From Plasmodiophora brassicae (taxonomy: Eukaryota), in assembly GCA_036867785.1 (NCBI GenBank), contig CP145415.1, positions 992,001 through 1,056,000 of the forward strand: DNA of 64,000 nt. Direction: 5' to 3'. This document shows positions 12,501 through 24,029 of this stretch, one piece after another. Under the pieces are notes generated by a model. That model saw nothing but the letters and a program-made list of their open reading frames with translations, had not been told where the DNA came from and searched no databases. The position numbers and the translations under genes were made by a program. Positions within the stretch are counted from its first letter, which is position 1; every line of letters begins with the position of its first letter.

Positions 12501-13242
12501 TTGCCGGCATTGGGGCAGGGGTCGGCGCCGGCGTTGGGGCAGGTGTCGGCGCCGGCGTCGGGCGAGGTGTCGGCGCTGGAGTCGGACGAGGTGTCGGAGC
12601 CGGCCTTGGCGTCGGCGCTGGCGTTTGACCGGGAACCGGTGCAGGAGTCGGGCCAAGCACCGGTGCCGGGGTAGGCACCGGCGTCGGTACAGGTGTGGGT
12701 GCCGGTGTGGGCGCCGGGGTCGGGACTGGTGTGGGTGCCGCTGCCGGCGCGATGAATTGCACAGGCCCATACGTCGTGCGAACGTCGTGCTGTGGGTAGC
12801 TGGTTGGACTGAGCTGTGTTGATGCCGCGACACCGCTGTAGGCGTTGGCCATGTACCACGACCCGCCGGGGACGATGTTCGCGTGGCATGGCCACGTGGC
12901 TGAGCACGAGGCCGTCAGCGGCCTCGAGAACGTGAACGTTGTCGTCGTTGACGTCTGCGAGAAGCTGACCGCTGTCACGTAGGGCGGCGTCGTCGCCGCG
13001 AACAGGGTGCCGACGTCACGCGACGTGGACCACGAGTCGACCAGCGTGAGCTGGCCGTTGTAGACCCAGCCGAGGACCCAGGCGGATTTCGAGTGCCCGG
13101 CCGAAGACGACGTCGACAGGCCGATCGCGATCCAGCCTTTCGTCGGCGCCGTCAGCGTGAACTTGACCGTGCCCGCCGTCTGGTCGATCGACCACGACGT
13201 CGTGAACGACCCGGATCCGACCGACCCCGTGATCACGCTCAT
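9586..13242 (-). CDS. Triple-DOMON / ferric reductase (NOX/FRE-family) flavocytochrome
   Basis: Three DOMON-like domains (GW(I/V)xxG.S...GH...(G/A)W ... P.HD) and a (PTPA)n linker. About 7 TM helices carry FHRWLG, SVHG, VLH and TLH. FAD motif HPFTLSS; NADPH motifs VDGPYG, LIAGGIGVTP and YVCGP. One intron at about 10946-11003 and two further introns. Confidence 0.88.
12510..12750 (-). repeat. Coding Pro-Thr-Pro-Ala/Val/Arg tandem repeat linker
   Basis: PTPVPTPAPTPAPTPVPTPV...PTPRPTPAPTPAP between DOMON1 and DOMON2. Confidence 0.9.
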
Positions 13243-13530
13243 GGTGACGATCACACAATATGGTGGCCACTAAGTTGAGACGTCGAGCGTCGAGTCGTAC
13301 CACTGTGCGGCCCCGTACTATATATCCGCTAAATAACCGAGCATACCACCTAGTACGAGCCCCCTGAGGTCACGCGGCAGGTGGTCATGGGTACACCTTC
13401 TTCATGCGAACCGGCATCGCCCAGGTGCCGCTACTGGAAACGTTAGCGAACGCGACGAGGCAGCGCGCATACGACCAGGCACAGAATCGAGAACGATACC
13501 AGATCGGGATCGAGAACGTCGTCGTCGACA

Positions 13531-14500
13531 ATGGACGAGGCGAGGGCGGTGCTGATAGACGCGGCGCGGTACGGCGACCCGGTCGCCGTCACGGTCTACA
13601 CGAGCGCCACGTACGACCAAGGTCCAGGTGATCGTACTGGCGCATGCGGTCGCTCTCGCTCATTCGTCCCAGTCACCGTGTTCGTTATCGAGGCCGACGT
13701 GGCCGACCTGCGCTGGTCGGTTCGTCACCGGTTCCGCGAGTTCGTCGTGTTGGATCGCGCGCTTCGCAGCCTGCACCGGTAACGGCGTTGATGCCACGAC
13801 GACAAGGAACGCGGCGCTGATCCAGGTGCTAGGGGCCTGCACGCCTCTGCCCCACTGGTCCGATTGCCCCGCAGGCACTGGCGCGTCCTGGTCGACCATG
13901 GCGATGGCCAGTTCCTATCGGCGCGCACGAAGGGCCTGCAGGACTTCCTGCAGCGGGCCGTCTCGATCGCCCCGTTGCTCGGGTCGGAACCCATGCTGCA
14001 ATTCCTGTGCCCGCCGTTCATGGCCCGCCCGCGACGCCTCCGCCAGGGGTCCGCCCAGGACGAAGACGATGAGCTCGATTCCTGCGACGACCCCACACCC
14101 GAGGTCACCGGCGTCGACATCGCAGGCGTAGGTGGACCTGGCGCGTCGCGACCGCACAGAGTCTGACGTGGCAGGCCGCGTACAGGTTCAATGCCTGACG
14201 AACGGGCGCGTCGTCTACCGGGTCAACGTGTGCAACGTCGCCAAGCCGGACGAGTTCCGCCAGTGGACCATGCTGAAATCGTTCTCGCAGTTCTTCCGGC
14301 TGAGCGTCGCGCTGCGCGACGCGTTCCCCGACGTGCACGTGGCGCGCCTGTCGAAATCGCCCATGGCCATCGTCGACCACCTGTCCCCGTCGTTCATCCA
14401 GCATCGCATGCGCACGCTGCAAGCGTTCCTGCGCGAGCTCCTCATGGATGCCCGGCTGGCCACCTGCGACGAGACGCTGACGTTCCTGGGCGTACGCTGA
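13531..14500 (+). CDS. Tandem PX (phox homology) domain protein, spliced
   Basis: First PX: WSVRHRFREFVVLDRAL...LPRRHW...FLSARTKGLQDFLQ. Second PX: WTMLKSFSQFFRLSVALRDAFP...FIQHRMRTLQAFLRELL...LTFLG. Confidence 0.75.
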
Positions 14501-14574
14501 CGGGGGGTCCATACACACACATCGGATACCTAATGGCAGACGTGCCGCGGCGGACCGGCCGTCGCCGTCCGAAC

Positions 14575-15576
14575 ATGGCGGCGCCGCGGGTGACCGTGAT
14601 CATGCCGGTCCACAACGGCGAGGCGACGCTGGCGGAGGCGGTTCGATCCATACAGTCGCAGACGATGCCGGCCTGGCGGTTAATCATTGTCGATGACGGG
14701 TCGACGGACGGCACCGCCGCGATCGTTGACGAGCTGGCCGGCGGCGACGACAGGATCGTCGTCGAGCGCACCCACGGCAACGTCGGCGTCGCCTCTGCAC
14801 TGAACCGAGCGCTTCAGTCGCCGATGGTCGCTGGCGAGTACGTTGCCAGGGCCGATGCGGACGATACCTGTCATCCGCAGCGCCTGGAAAGGCAGGTTGA
14901 ATTCCTCGCAGAGCACCCGGACGTGGACCTTTGTGGGACGCAGGTCTCGGTCGACGGGCGCCCGATCGCGATGCCGGCGCACGCGTGCCTCGCCGATTTC
15001 CACATGCACTTCTACTGTTCGGTCGCACACCCGAGCGTGATGTGGCGCAGGCGGCGGCTCGATCCGTTCCGGTACCTGGAGGACCCGGCGTTTCGACGCT
15101 GTGAAGACTACGCGACCTGGCTGCGCGTCCTGGGTTCTGAACGGCGCCTTGGCAACGTTGACGGGGAGCCCCTGGTTGATCTTCGACGACACGCCCGCTG
15201 CGTGTCGATCGTGCACTCTGCTGAACAGAAACGGGCGTCCGTTCTGGCGGCCCGGGATGCGATCGCCAGATTGCTTGGTGATGAAGGGACGGATGCGGAT
15301 GCGGTCGCCAGGATCCGCGATCCGATGTTGATCGTGTCCGCAACGGACGCGGGCCCGGCGTTCACGTTGATTAAGCGGATGCACGGCGCGTTCAGGCGAG
15401 GATGCCGACGGGACGGGACCTGTCCCCTGGTCGATGAAGACGTTGTCAAGCGCCTCGGCGAGATGGCAGCCCGAGCGATGCAGTATGGCGATGTGTCATT
15501 GTTCAAACAGTGGATCCAGGACTCGAACGGGAAACATGTCCCATTCCTGGAGCGACTACTATGCCCACCTTATTAG
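14575..15576 (+). CDS. Glycosyltransferase family 2 (intronless)
   Basis: Motifs VTVIMPVHNG, IIVDDGSTDGT, NVGVASALNRAL, YVARADADD, RLERQVEFL, HPSVMWR and EDYATWLR. Confidence 0.92.
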   Translation: MAAPRVTVIMPVHNGEATLAEAVRSIQSQTMPAWRLIIVDDGSTDGTAAIVDELAGGDDRIVVERTHGNVGVASALNRALQSPMVAGEYVARADADDTCHPQRLERQVEFLAEHPDVDLCGTQVSVDGRPIAMPAHACLADFHMHFYCSVAHPSVMWRRRRLDPFRYLEDPAFRRCEDYATWLRVLGSERRLGNVDGEPLVDLRRHARCVSIVHSAEQKRASVLAARDAIARLLGDEGTDADAVARIRDPMLIVSATDAGPAFTLIKRMHGAFRRGCRRDGTCPLVDEDVVKRLGEMAARAMQYGDVSLFKQWIQDSNGKHVPFLERLLCPPY

Positions 15577-15620
15577 CGCGTATAAATATGGAGCGGTCCA
15601 CCACCACCACCAATCGTGTA

Positions 15621-15887
15621 TCACGCATGCCACTCCTCGCTGAAGGGGCGCTCCGTGAACGCTTTGCCATTGACAAATCGCCAGCAGATCTCCGTCTTGT
15701 TCATGAAGGGCCTTGCGAAGAGCTCGCCGCACCCGTGGCACTTGCCGTCGCCTTTCGTGTAGTTCTCGATGATCCAGGCGGGCCTCAGATGCGTGATCGG
15801 GTGCCGCCCCCTCACCGCGTACAGGAGCAGCTGCCGGCCGCACATCATACAGCACAGCTTCGTCTTGCGCAGCACCGCATGGGTCAT
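15621..15887 (-). CDS. Small CxxC-CxxC zinc-ribbon protein, paralog 1 (88 aa)
   Basis: LCCMMC..LLLY...IIENYTKGDGKCHGCGELFARPF...W..V.GK; aligns with three neighbours. Confidence 0.75.
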   Translation of the reverse strand: MTHAVLRKTKLCCMMCGRQLLLYAVRGRHPITHLRPAWIIENYTKGDGKCHGCGELFARPFMNKTEICWRFVNGKAFTERPFSEEWHA

Positions 15888-16127
15888 CTTCGTCGCCGAC
15901 TGCGCACTCCCTGCCTGCCTGTACCGCATAGTCCCTGTTCAATACATGCAGGTAGGCCCGACTGCCATACGATATCGGCTGGGAGCAGCACGACGCGGTG
16001 TATGATGTCGTGTGCCTGCGTGCGTACGCTTGCCGTAATAGATCATCATGTTACTGCTGTCATCAACAACTACGACGCGATGTCTTGGGTATAATCGGGC
16101 AAGCTCCAGATCAGGCAGCGCCGGTAG

Positions 16128-16385
16128 TCAGTTGCGTTTGCGAGACCGTACGAAAAACGATTTGCCGCCGACCAGCTGCCACGCCCGTTCACCTTTCAGG
16201 GTGAACGGTCGGGCGAACGTCTGCCCGCATTGCTGGCACTTGCCGTCGCCAAGCGTGAAATCCTCGATGATCCTGGACGTTCGCAGCTTGATCAGCGCGC
16301 CGGTGCCCATCTTGGCGTACTGGACCAGGTAGGCGTGGCACGACTGGCAGGCCAAGGTCAAGCCGCGCAGCGCCTTCTTGGCCAT
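16128..16385 (-). CDS. Small CxxC-CxxC zinc-ribbon protein, paralog 2 (85 aa)
   Basis: LACQSCHAYLVQYAKMGTGALIKLRTSRIIEDFTLGDGKCQQCGQTFARPF...WQLVGGK. Confidence 0.8.
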   Translation of the reverse strand: MAKKALRGLTLACQSCHAYLVQYAKMGTGALIKLRTSRIIEDFTLGDGKCQQCGQTFARPFTLKGERAWQLVGGKSFFVRSRKRN

Positions 16386-16623
16386 CGGCCGCGCGCGGCG
16401 TCGGCGTCTCCCTCAACTGCGCTGACTCCCGCCGATCCAAATCGCCATCATTGCATTCGACTGCCCTCCGGCAGATATGTATTCCGTTCGCACATGACTG
16501 GTTGCGCTTATCGAAATGCCAAGAACACATATTGCCAGATCCCCGATGGCATAGAAATGGGAAATGAATAAAGTGATCGATGTGTTATTATTCATAATGG
16601 GTGCGCATCAGGAAGTCGGCAGG

Positions 16624-16872
16624 TCATTCATTGGGGCGCTGGACCTGACGGTGGAAGAACGTCGCCCCTCGGATCAGTCGCCAGGTCAGACCGTCTGGCG
16701 CAAAGTAAAGTCTTGCGAATGGTTGCCCGCATTCGTGGCAGTCGCCTTTGCCATCGGTGAAGTCGCGTTCGATTCTGCCCGGGTGCAGCTTCAGCAAGTC
16801 GGGCCTGGGTTTCCTGATCGAGTACCGCATGAGCGACGTCCGGCAGGACCTGCATGCCAGCGTGAAGCCCAT
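16624..16872 (-). CDS. Small CxxC-CxxC zinc-ribbon protein, paralog 3 (82 aa)
   Basis: LACRSC..LMRY...RIERDFTDGKGDCHECGQPFARL...WRLIRG. Confidence 0.75.
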   Translation of the reverse strand: MGFTLACRSCRTSLMRYSIRKPRPDLLKLHPGRIERDFTDGKGDCHECGQPFARLYFAPDGLTWRLIRGATFFHRQVQRPNE

Positions 16873-17122
16873 CGCGTCTCCTCTTCGCCGTCTTGCGGAC
16901 CGCCCGCCCCCGCGCGGCGCGCAGTGCCACAGCGTGTATACCAGGACGAGCGTTGCAGAAATGGCCGATGTCACCCGGACCCGAATATTCAGCAGATCAC
17001 GTCCATTGGTTCGTCTGACGACCGTACAGTGCGGCTGTCTACAGGGCCGATCGATGCTGTTCGACGATTTCACACAATCGTGCTCATGAGCGTGGTATAC
17101 ATATACAGCAGTCGTTTACAGA

Positions 17123-17389
17123 TTAAGGTTGGAGGTCGTCAATAGCGTCGTCGAAGCTTGCCCCTTTGCCGACCAGGTGCCACGACAGTTCGCTCTTGTA
17201 TATCATCGGTCTGGCGAACCGCTCCCCGCACTCGTGGCAGTCGCCGGAACCCTTCGTGAAGTCGTCGACGATCCTCGACGTCCGCAGTCGCCTCGGCAAG
17301 CCGCCATCGCCTCTATGCGCGTACTTGAACAGCGTCGTCTGACAGGACTGGCACACCAGTCGCAGAAACCGGTGCCCAATCACCGGCAT
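17123..17389 (-). CDS. Small CxxC-CxxC zinc-ribbon protein, paralog 4 (88 aa)
   Basis: LVCQSC..LFKY...LRTSRIVDDFTKGSGDCHECGERFARPM...WHLVGKG. Confidence 0.75.
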   Translation of the reverse strand: MPVIGHRFLRLVCQSCQTTLFKYAHRGDGGLPRRLRTSRIVDDFTKGSGDCHECGERFARPMIYKSELSWHLVGKGASFDDAIDDLQP

Positions 17390-17749
17390 GCAACTGCAAC
17401 GGGCAGCAGAGCGCTCGCGATTTCGCAACCGCCACAAAATGCGTGGCCGCGTCCAGCGATCCTCAACTCACTTCTCAACAGGCATCGTCAAACACCCCTG
17501 AACGAGCCTCCGTAGCACATCGCATTTTCATTCGTGTTGGAGGGGGGCAGTCATGGCGTTCAATGAGGGAACTTGTCTGGTTCGACGAGCCAAGGGATCG
17601 AGATTAATAATCTCGATCCCTTGGCACGTCGAACTCCGAAGCCGCCACAAGGCAAAATAAAACACAACGGGCAGCGGCGGAGTCTCACAGTTGAAAGTCC
17701 GCGACGGCCGCCACTGCTGGTCGTCGATCGTCCCGACGTCGTCGCCGAC

Positions 17750-19632
17750 ATGAGTGTCCACTATCGGTTCGTCAGTAGCAAGGATAAGCGATGGGACACG
17801 ATCGGATTCGACTCGGCGGTCATTTCCGTGCTCGATCTGAAGCGGGCCATTGTCGCGGCGCTCGCCAACGCCCCGAAAGGGACCGCGCCCGTCGGGCCGC
17901 CAAATTTTGACCTGATCCTGACGAACCAAGTGACTGGAGAACGTACGATAATCATACATGCTTTAATTCTCAGGCCTCATGTGCATTTTTACTACAGGGT
18001 ACCTGGCTGATAATTTCCTCATCCCAAAGAATACATCTGTTGAAGTACGGAAAACGCCTTCATCGGCTGACAAACATAAGCGGTTGTTGGAGCCGACAGA
18101 AGTCACACTTCTTGCCGCCGGGACGGCGCATCTGACGTTGGGGTCGTCGGATGATCCATCGCAGATTTCCCCCGAAGACGAAGAGGCGCGCCGCCTGGAA
18201 TCTGTCCTCAATCAGCCGCCTGCCTATGCAGGTAGGAATACATTCTATGTATGTTCCATGTGGATCCTGGCTCATGTTTGCTACAGGTGGTCTTACGTAT
18301 TCAAAGACAAAGCACTCATCCGGGTTGATTCACGACCTCTCCGCTGCCGTGAATGCACCAGCAGCAATTTCGGTCCCGACAATGCCAGTGGCTGGAGCCG
18401 CGTTCGGTGGACGTCGGCCCCAGTTCGTCCGGACCGGCAAGCCACGTCCAGGCTACATCTGCCATAGGTGCCAGACACCCGGTCATTTCATTCATGAGTG
18501 CCCTACGAACGGCAACTCCGAGTTCAACTTCCAGCGCCCCAAGCCTATTACTGGAATCCCGATCTCCATGCTCAAGCCTGCTGCGGAAGGGAAGAGGGGC
18601 GCGTTCTTATTGGATGACGGGTCAGTATTGCGCTACGTACCCGTATCAATACATCTCATACGCTGTTGTCGCAGGCGTTTCGCTGACATCGAACCGAACC
18701 AGGGTGCGTTCGAGGATGCGTTCCGACCACAGGATCGTGCACTGGATATCATGAAGGCGAAGGTATATCCACAATTGTAATGCTATGCACCGCGTGGCTT
18801 ACCAGCTGTGCTATAGGCAGCCGCCGAGTCTGCGACGCGGATCACATGTTCTCTGTGCAATTCGGTGCTGACGGACCCGGTTGTCTCGCCGTGTTGCTTC
18901 CAGACGTTCTGCCGCCAGTGCTTCACGGATGCGCTGGCACGTTCATCGGGAACGTGCCCGTTCTGCCAGTCGCCTGATGTGAATGCGTCCGACGTCATGC
19001 CCAACGAAGCGGCCGCAAGAGAAGTTGCCGAACACGTTGAGAAGTTTGGGCGCGCCCCCTTGCCGCTTGAAGAAGAGCAGCCGGTATCGCAGCCGAAGGC
19101 AGCTCCCATCCCGATTTACGAATCGCAAACGGAGCCCGAGTCGCGCTCGACGTTCGGGAGGCCTCACGGCCAGCGACCTCGTCCGGCACGCGTGACTCCT
19201 ACAATGCACTTCCGGGCGCCGGCTCCGTTTCCTCATCCGTATCCATCGGAACCATTCGTCCCACATCATCCACCGCCTCCACCCCCGCCTGAACATCCGC
19301 CAGGTCCTCGCGATCGCCGGCCCGGGCCCATGTACAGGGGTGACGGCCCGGAACAAAGGCAGGCGTTGCGGAGCCCTGAACGCAGACGACCGAGTCGAAG
19401 CCCTGAACGCCTTCGCAAGAGTCGCAGCCCAGCCGGGCAATCGCAATCGTATCGCGATGTACGAGCTCGCAGCCGAAGCCCAATGTCACGGCGCCACCAC
19501 CCTGATCGGGATCGCGATTACGACCGTAGTCGGTACGGTGGCGACCGTGACAGGCACTATCGTGATGAACGCGACGGGCGTTACCAACGCGATCGACCTT
19601 TCCGTGGCGAACGTGGAAGGTCCCGTCGCTGA
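17750..19632 (+). CDS. RBBP6: RBBP6/Mpe1-like protein (DWNN domain, zinc knuckle, RING, RS-rich tail), multi-exon
   Basis: DWNN: MSVHYRFVSSK...ISVLDLKRAI...LIPKNTSVEVRK. Zinc knuckle: PGYICHRCQTPGHFIHECPTN, then KPITGIPISML. RING: CSLC...DPVVSPCCFQTFCRQC...CPFC. RSRSP-rich tail. Confidence 0.9.
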
Positions 19633-19701
19633 TCTGTCCCCGTCGCTCATCGACCATCGTATAAATATACAGACTTCAATCAACAATGTGATGTCGTGTG
19701 T

Positions 19702-20097
19702 TCATAGGACAATATTTGGGCACTTCTCGTGGACCAAGGAGATCACGTCGTTGAAACAGTCCAGGTCTAAGCAGGATGACGGTCAGTACGAGAGCGCGTC
19801 AGGACGATACTCAACCGAAACACTACTGAGATTCGTGCCGAGATCGGACGCTGTGTAGGCTTGGATGGACATATCCGGGTTCACCTTGCCGACAATCTCG
19901 ACGAACGTCGCCCCGTGCAGCTTCTCAGCGGCGCTGCCCGGAATCACGTGGACGGCCACGCCGTCCGGCGCCAGCAGCATGCCGTTCGGCTGCACGCGCC
20001 CCGTGATCCTGACGTTCTGGTTCACATACGACCCCAGCATCCGCCCCAGCACGCGCGGCGCCGCCTGCATGCCGCCTATCGCCGACTTCGCATCCAT
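19702..20097 (-). CDS. RPA3: Replication protein A 14-kDa subunit, two exons
   Basis: APRVLGRMLGSYVNQNVRITGRV...FVEIVGKVNPDMSI...DLGTN; second exon LDCFNDVISLVHEKCPNIVL*. Confidence 0.85.
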
Positions 20098-20301
20098 CGC
20101 GCTGCTCGCCGGAATTGCAAAAATGGGGCACCGCTACCGCGCTCCGGGGGACCGGGTCAGACCGGCTACCGAGCACAGTGACTTCGGCTACACATAGCAG
20201 CAGCACCAAAAGCAGGTCGTTAGCCGTAGTCAGCGTGACCGATTAGCGGCTGCCTGTTTCCGTAATTTGGAGATGACATAGTGCATTGGTGAGCGGATTC
20301 G

Positions 20302-21847
20302 TCAGCGAATGGTGAAGCTGTTGGAGAACGCGACCCGGTTGGCGCCGAGTCGTGATGCGGCTGGCCGGCGCTGGGCATCGCGGTCCAGCTGCGGGAATAT
20401 ATTCCAGAATCGCAGGGTTTCGTCGCCGGCGCCGGTCACGATGGTTTGCCCATCCGGACTGATGGCCAGGTACAGGACGCGGTACGTGTGCCCAGTCAGT
20501 GTCGCGAGTTTCCGCATTGTCGGATACGACCAGACTATGATTTGATTCAACGAGTACCCATGCGTTGACACGACCTAGGCGCCATCATGTTCAGCAATCG
20601 AGCAACGAGTGGCAGTCCAGTTAACCAACCTCGTTGACATTCTTGGACCAGGTTAGGTTGCAGACTTGACTGCCCGTGTCGATGCTCGACAAAGCTGTCT
20701 GGGTTGTCGTGTTCCAGAAACGAATGCATCGGTCCGCTGTCCCTCCTCCTGATGCCAGCAGGCCATGCTGATGCGGCGACCAAGCCAGCGCTTTAACTGC
20801 TGCTGAATGTTCGGCGAACCTCGCGACAGGCGTCGTGGATGACACACTCCAGATCAGCAACTTGTTGTCGTTCCCCCCGGACGCCAGCTGCTTGTCGTCG
20901 AACGACCATCGTAATCCGCATACCTAGACGTGCGTGCACCATGAGCAAACAGGGCTGGATTTCGAGAGAATCTGAGGGGGCGTAACGAACCTCCTGCTTA
21001 TGTGCTGTCAAACGGGACGTGTAGACGTCGGAGGCGCGGTGGTCCCGAATAAGTATAGTACGATCGCGGCTGCCCGAAGCTAGATTATGGCCGCCCCATG
21101 ACAGCGTTCCGACACGAAGGCTGTGCCCCAGCAGGGTGCGGATTTTGACCTGCTTGACAGTGTCATACAGATGCACTTCGCCGCTCTTGGTCCCGACTGC
21201 CAGCATTGTCCCTCTAGGTGCCCAACACAGCTAGCCCAATGGTTAACCAGGCGCTCTGTTGTCGGGTGCGGCATTAATGCTTACCGACGTGATCAAGCCG
21301 TCTTCCCCCGGGAGCTCGCAGAGCTTGGTGACCTTGCTGGTCGACGCGCTCCACAGGTAGACACAGTTCCCCAGTCCCACCCCCAACATATTATTCGACG
21401 ACCAGTCCACTAAGTTCAGGTAGAAGTCGTCCTGCAGAGCGGGAGCATCGAGCACCTAGGCGAGGTCAGCTTCCGCTCTGACCCCGCTTAATAAACCGCC
21501 ATTACCTTGAACGGTGTCGTGCATATTTTCCTCGTTGTGCCTTTACGAAGGTAGGGCGGGGTGGTGACCACAGACGGTTCCGGCGCTGGGCGATGTATAC
21601 TGTAATGCAGGGCGCGCCCGTCGATGCGATGGTCACCAAACACACGCTCTCGTAGCAGGTGAGTGTACGCCGTCATGGGGCTGGGCGGGGCGCCAGCGGG
21701 AGAGTCGCCCGGCGTCAACATATGTGGTAAGTGGTCATTAAGTCGCGTCGGAATATGCCGATCGCCGTATGCTATGGGATGTGGTTCTCCCGCGGGGTGA
21801 CGTTCGTTGACATAAGATAATAACGGGGACCGCCTTTCGAATACCAT
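20302..21847 (-). CDS. FZR1: APC/C activator Cdh1/Fizzy-related (WD40), multi-exon
   Basis: C-box-like [71 protein letters not shown]...[10 protein letters not shown], and a C-terminal IR tail. Confidence 0.92.
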
Positions 21848-22979
21848 CGGACGGCACCGCTGGCGATGACGGCTACTAGCGCAAATGGCTATATAGTCGT
21901 GCGATCGCCCCGGATCCTAGGCGTCACCAAGAATGATGGTACCTCGAGGGGCGGGCGTACTAATTATTGCTAGCCAGATACGAGACCCGGCTAGTTCACC
22001 AGCAATCACACTATTTACGTCGGTCTTTGGCTATTGTGTAGTCCTGGCCCACACCACGACTGTTCCCGGATTACATTTGCATTACGGGACCGTAACGACG
22101 CAACCGTATGTCGTTCTTGTTTGACGACGGCGGCGGGCGTCTGCCACTGAACTCGTTCCGGAAATCGAACATTACCAGCGCGATGGTATATGCCGACAGA
22201 CGGCACGAATTACTTGTCGAGGGCAGGCACATTGTTACCCTCAGCGCGCTTCTTCATGAATATGGTGGCAGATGCGCTTCGGCGATCGGCAACGCTTCAA
22301 CGAACTGGCCGAACACCTCGTGAATGTCTTCCGCTGTTCCCAGTCCAGAACAACCGCCGGCCAAGGTACGAAGAACGGCAGGGAAAGCAACGTTCTGTCT
22401 CCATGCTCAGGGGTCAACATCATGGCGCCCGCCCTGGACGGGGAATTGGAACGAGCGGCGTAAGCGATTGCTTCAAACAGCGAAATGCCCGGATGGTGGT
22501 AGGCTGGCAACGTCGTCTCGCGTGATCCGGTACGTACACCCTGGTTGTGTGGCATGAGCTTGTTGCGTACTTCTTGTGGCACCAGCAAACGAACATCTGG
22601 ATTGAAAGAGTCATTCGTGCCTGCAGTAGGGCCTCCAGATAATGGGACACGAACCGGAGGTGCCGGGCTGAATTCGACGGCGGAACCGATTGACGTACCA
22701 GGTATAAGCGCTGCTTTGCACCTGACGTAGAAGGCGCAGCAACAAAGCCGGTTTCTCCCATAGACCTTCATGACAAGCAAGACCGATAATTCACCCGAAA
22801 TATGCTTCGACCTGAAACTGCTCTGCGAACCAAGTGCCGCTAGAGCTCGTCGACTGCTCGCCGCCCACTTATAATGCTATTGGCGACTTTGCTGAGATAG
22901 TCTGCGACCGTGGATGTTATCACCCAACGCAAAATCGTGTACTGATAACCCAGTTCACGACCACCAACTCCGACACAGG

Positions 22980-24029
22980 TCATCGAATCGTGTGAACCCC
23001 TACATCTGCGTTCCGACCTCCGCCTGCAAACAGGCGCGTGTCAGAATATGACAATGGAGTGGTAGATGGTTCATGGTGGACGAACTGTTTCAACGGAAGG
23101 CGTCTTCTGCACCACCACGACTGGCGTAGGTTCTGTCTTATCCTGAGGCCATGGAGAATTAGTTCGTTGACGACTGGTGCAGCTGCTGTCAAACGGTGGC
23201 AAACCGATTTGTACTTGCGGCACCCGCGGACAAGGACGATCACCAGGACGATGGCGATAATGACACAGAATGCCAATATCATGATTTGCCACCAAAGCAG
23301 GTACTTCGCCTTGTTTCCAAGCACTTTCTTCGTTGCGTCCTTGATACCGCGATTCAGTTCCAGCGAGAGTGAGAACTACAGCGCTATGAGCGGTCGTGAC
23401 CTAAAGGCAAATGGGCACTTCAACGAACCTTCTGGACGTCCTGGAAAATCTTCGACCCGCTGTTCGTCTTCTTCTCGATCCAGACCTGCGTCATGAACAT
23501 GTCTTCGTTGTCGTACACCATCTTGCGGAGCAATGATTTCTCGTTCTTCGTCTGCCATTTCCACATGCTTTGGATGGACGCCAGGATCAGTGCGACCACG
23601 CGATGGGCGGCCGCTTTCGTAACAGCATTGTCGGGACGCTTGCCATCGGCCAACTCCTTCATGTACTCCTTCTTACGCGTCTCGAACTCCAGGCCTTTCC
23701 TGTGTAAGACGGTTGGTGAAAACAAAGCAACTGCGCTGTAGAACGGGTTCCTACTTGACGTCATCCTTGGTAAGAATCGCGCTCCCGATGAAATCCATGA
23801 CTTCTTTGCCGGTGATGGTGCCGGACACCGTCAGGTCCTTGATTTTAGAGTCAGCGTCAATTGCTTTGTACACGTCGACAACGAAGCTCCGGATCTGGTC
23901 GTTGTCAGTGGCTGCTTCCTGCAAGAACGTCAAATCAGGAGACCGCCATTATCCGAACCCTCGATATACCTTGGCAGCAACGATAACGGCAAGACCAATG
24001 CATGCGACAATGAACGCAGTCTGATTCAT
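22980..24029 (-). CDS. Orphan type-I membrane protein (signal peptide, helical ectodomain, C-terminal TM), at least 4 exons
   Basis: Exon 1 reads MNQTAFIVACIGLAVIVAAK. GT-AG introns join in frame to EAATDND..., KGLEFE... and FSLSLEL...YLLWWQIMILAFCVIIAIVLVIVLVRGCRK. Confidence 0.65.

Noticed and set aside
11000-12907. 635-aa alternative-frame ORF within the DOMON gene
   Set aside because: Arg/Gly/His-rich off-frame translation typical of high-GC coding DNA.
22000-22800. Short ORFs upstream of the Cdh1 gene
   Set aside because: No recognisable motif, consistent codon bias or splice structure that I could support.
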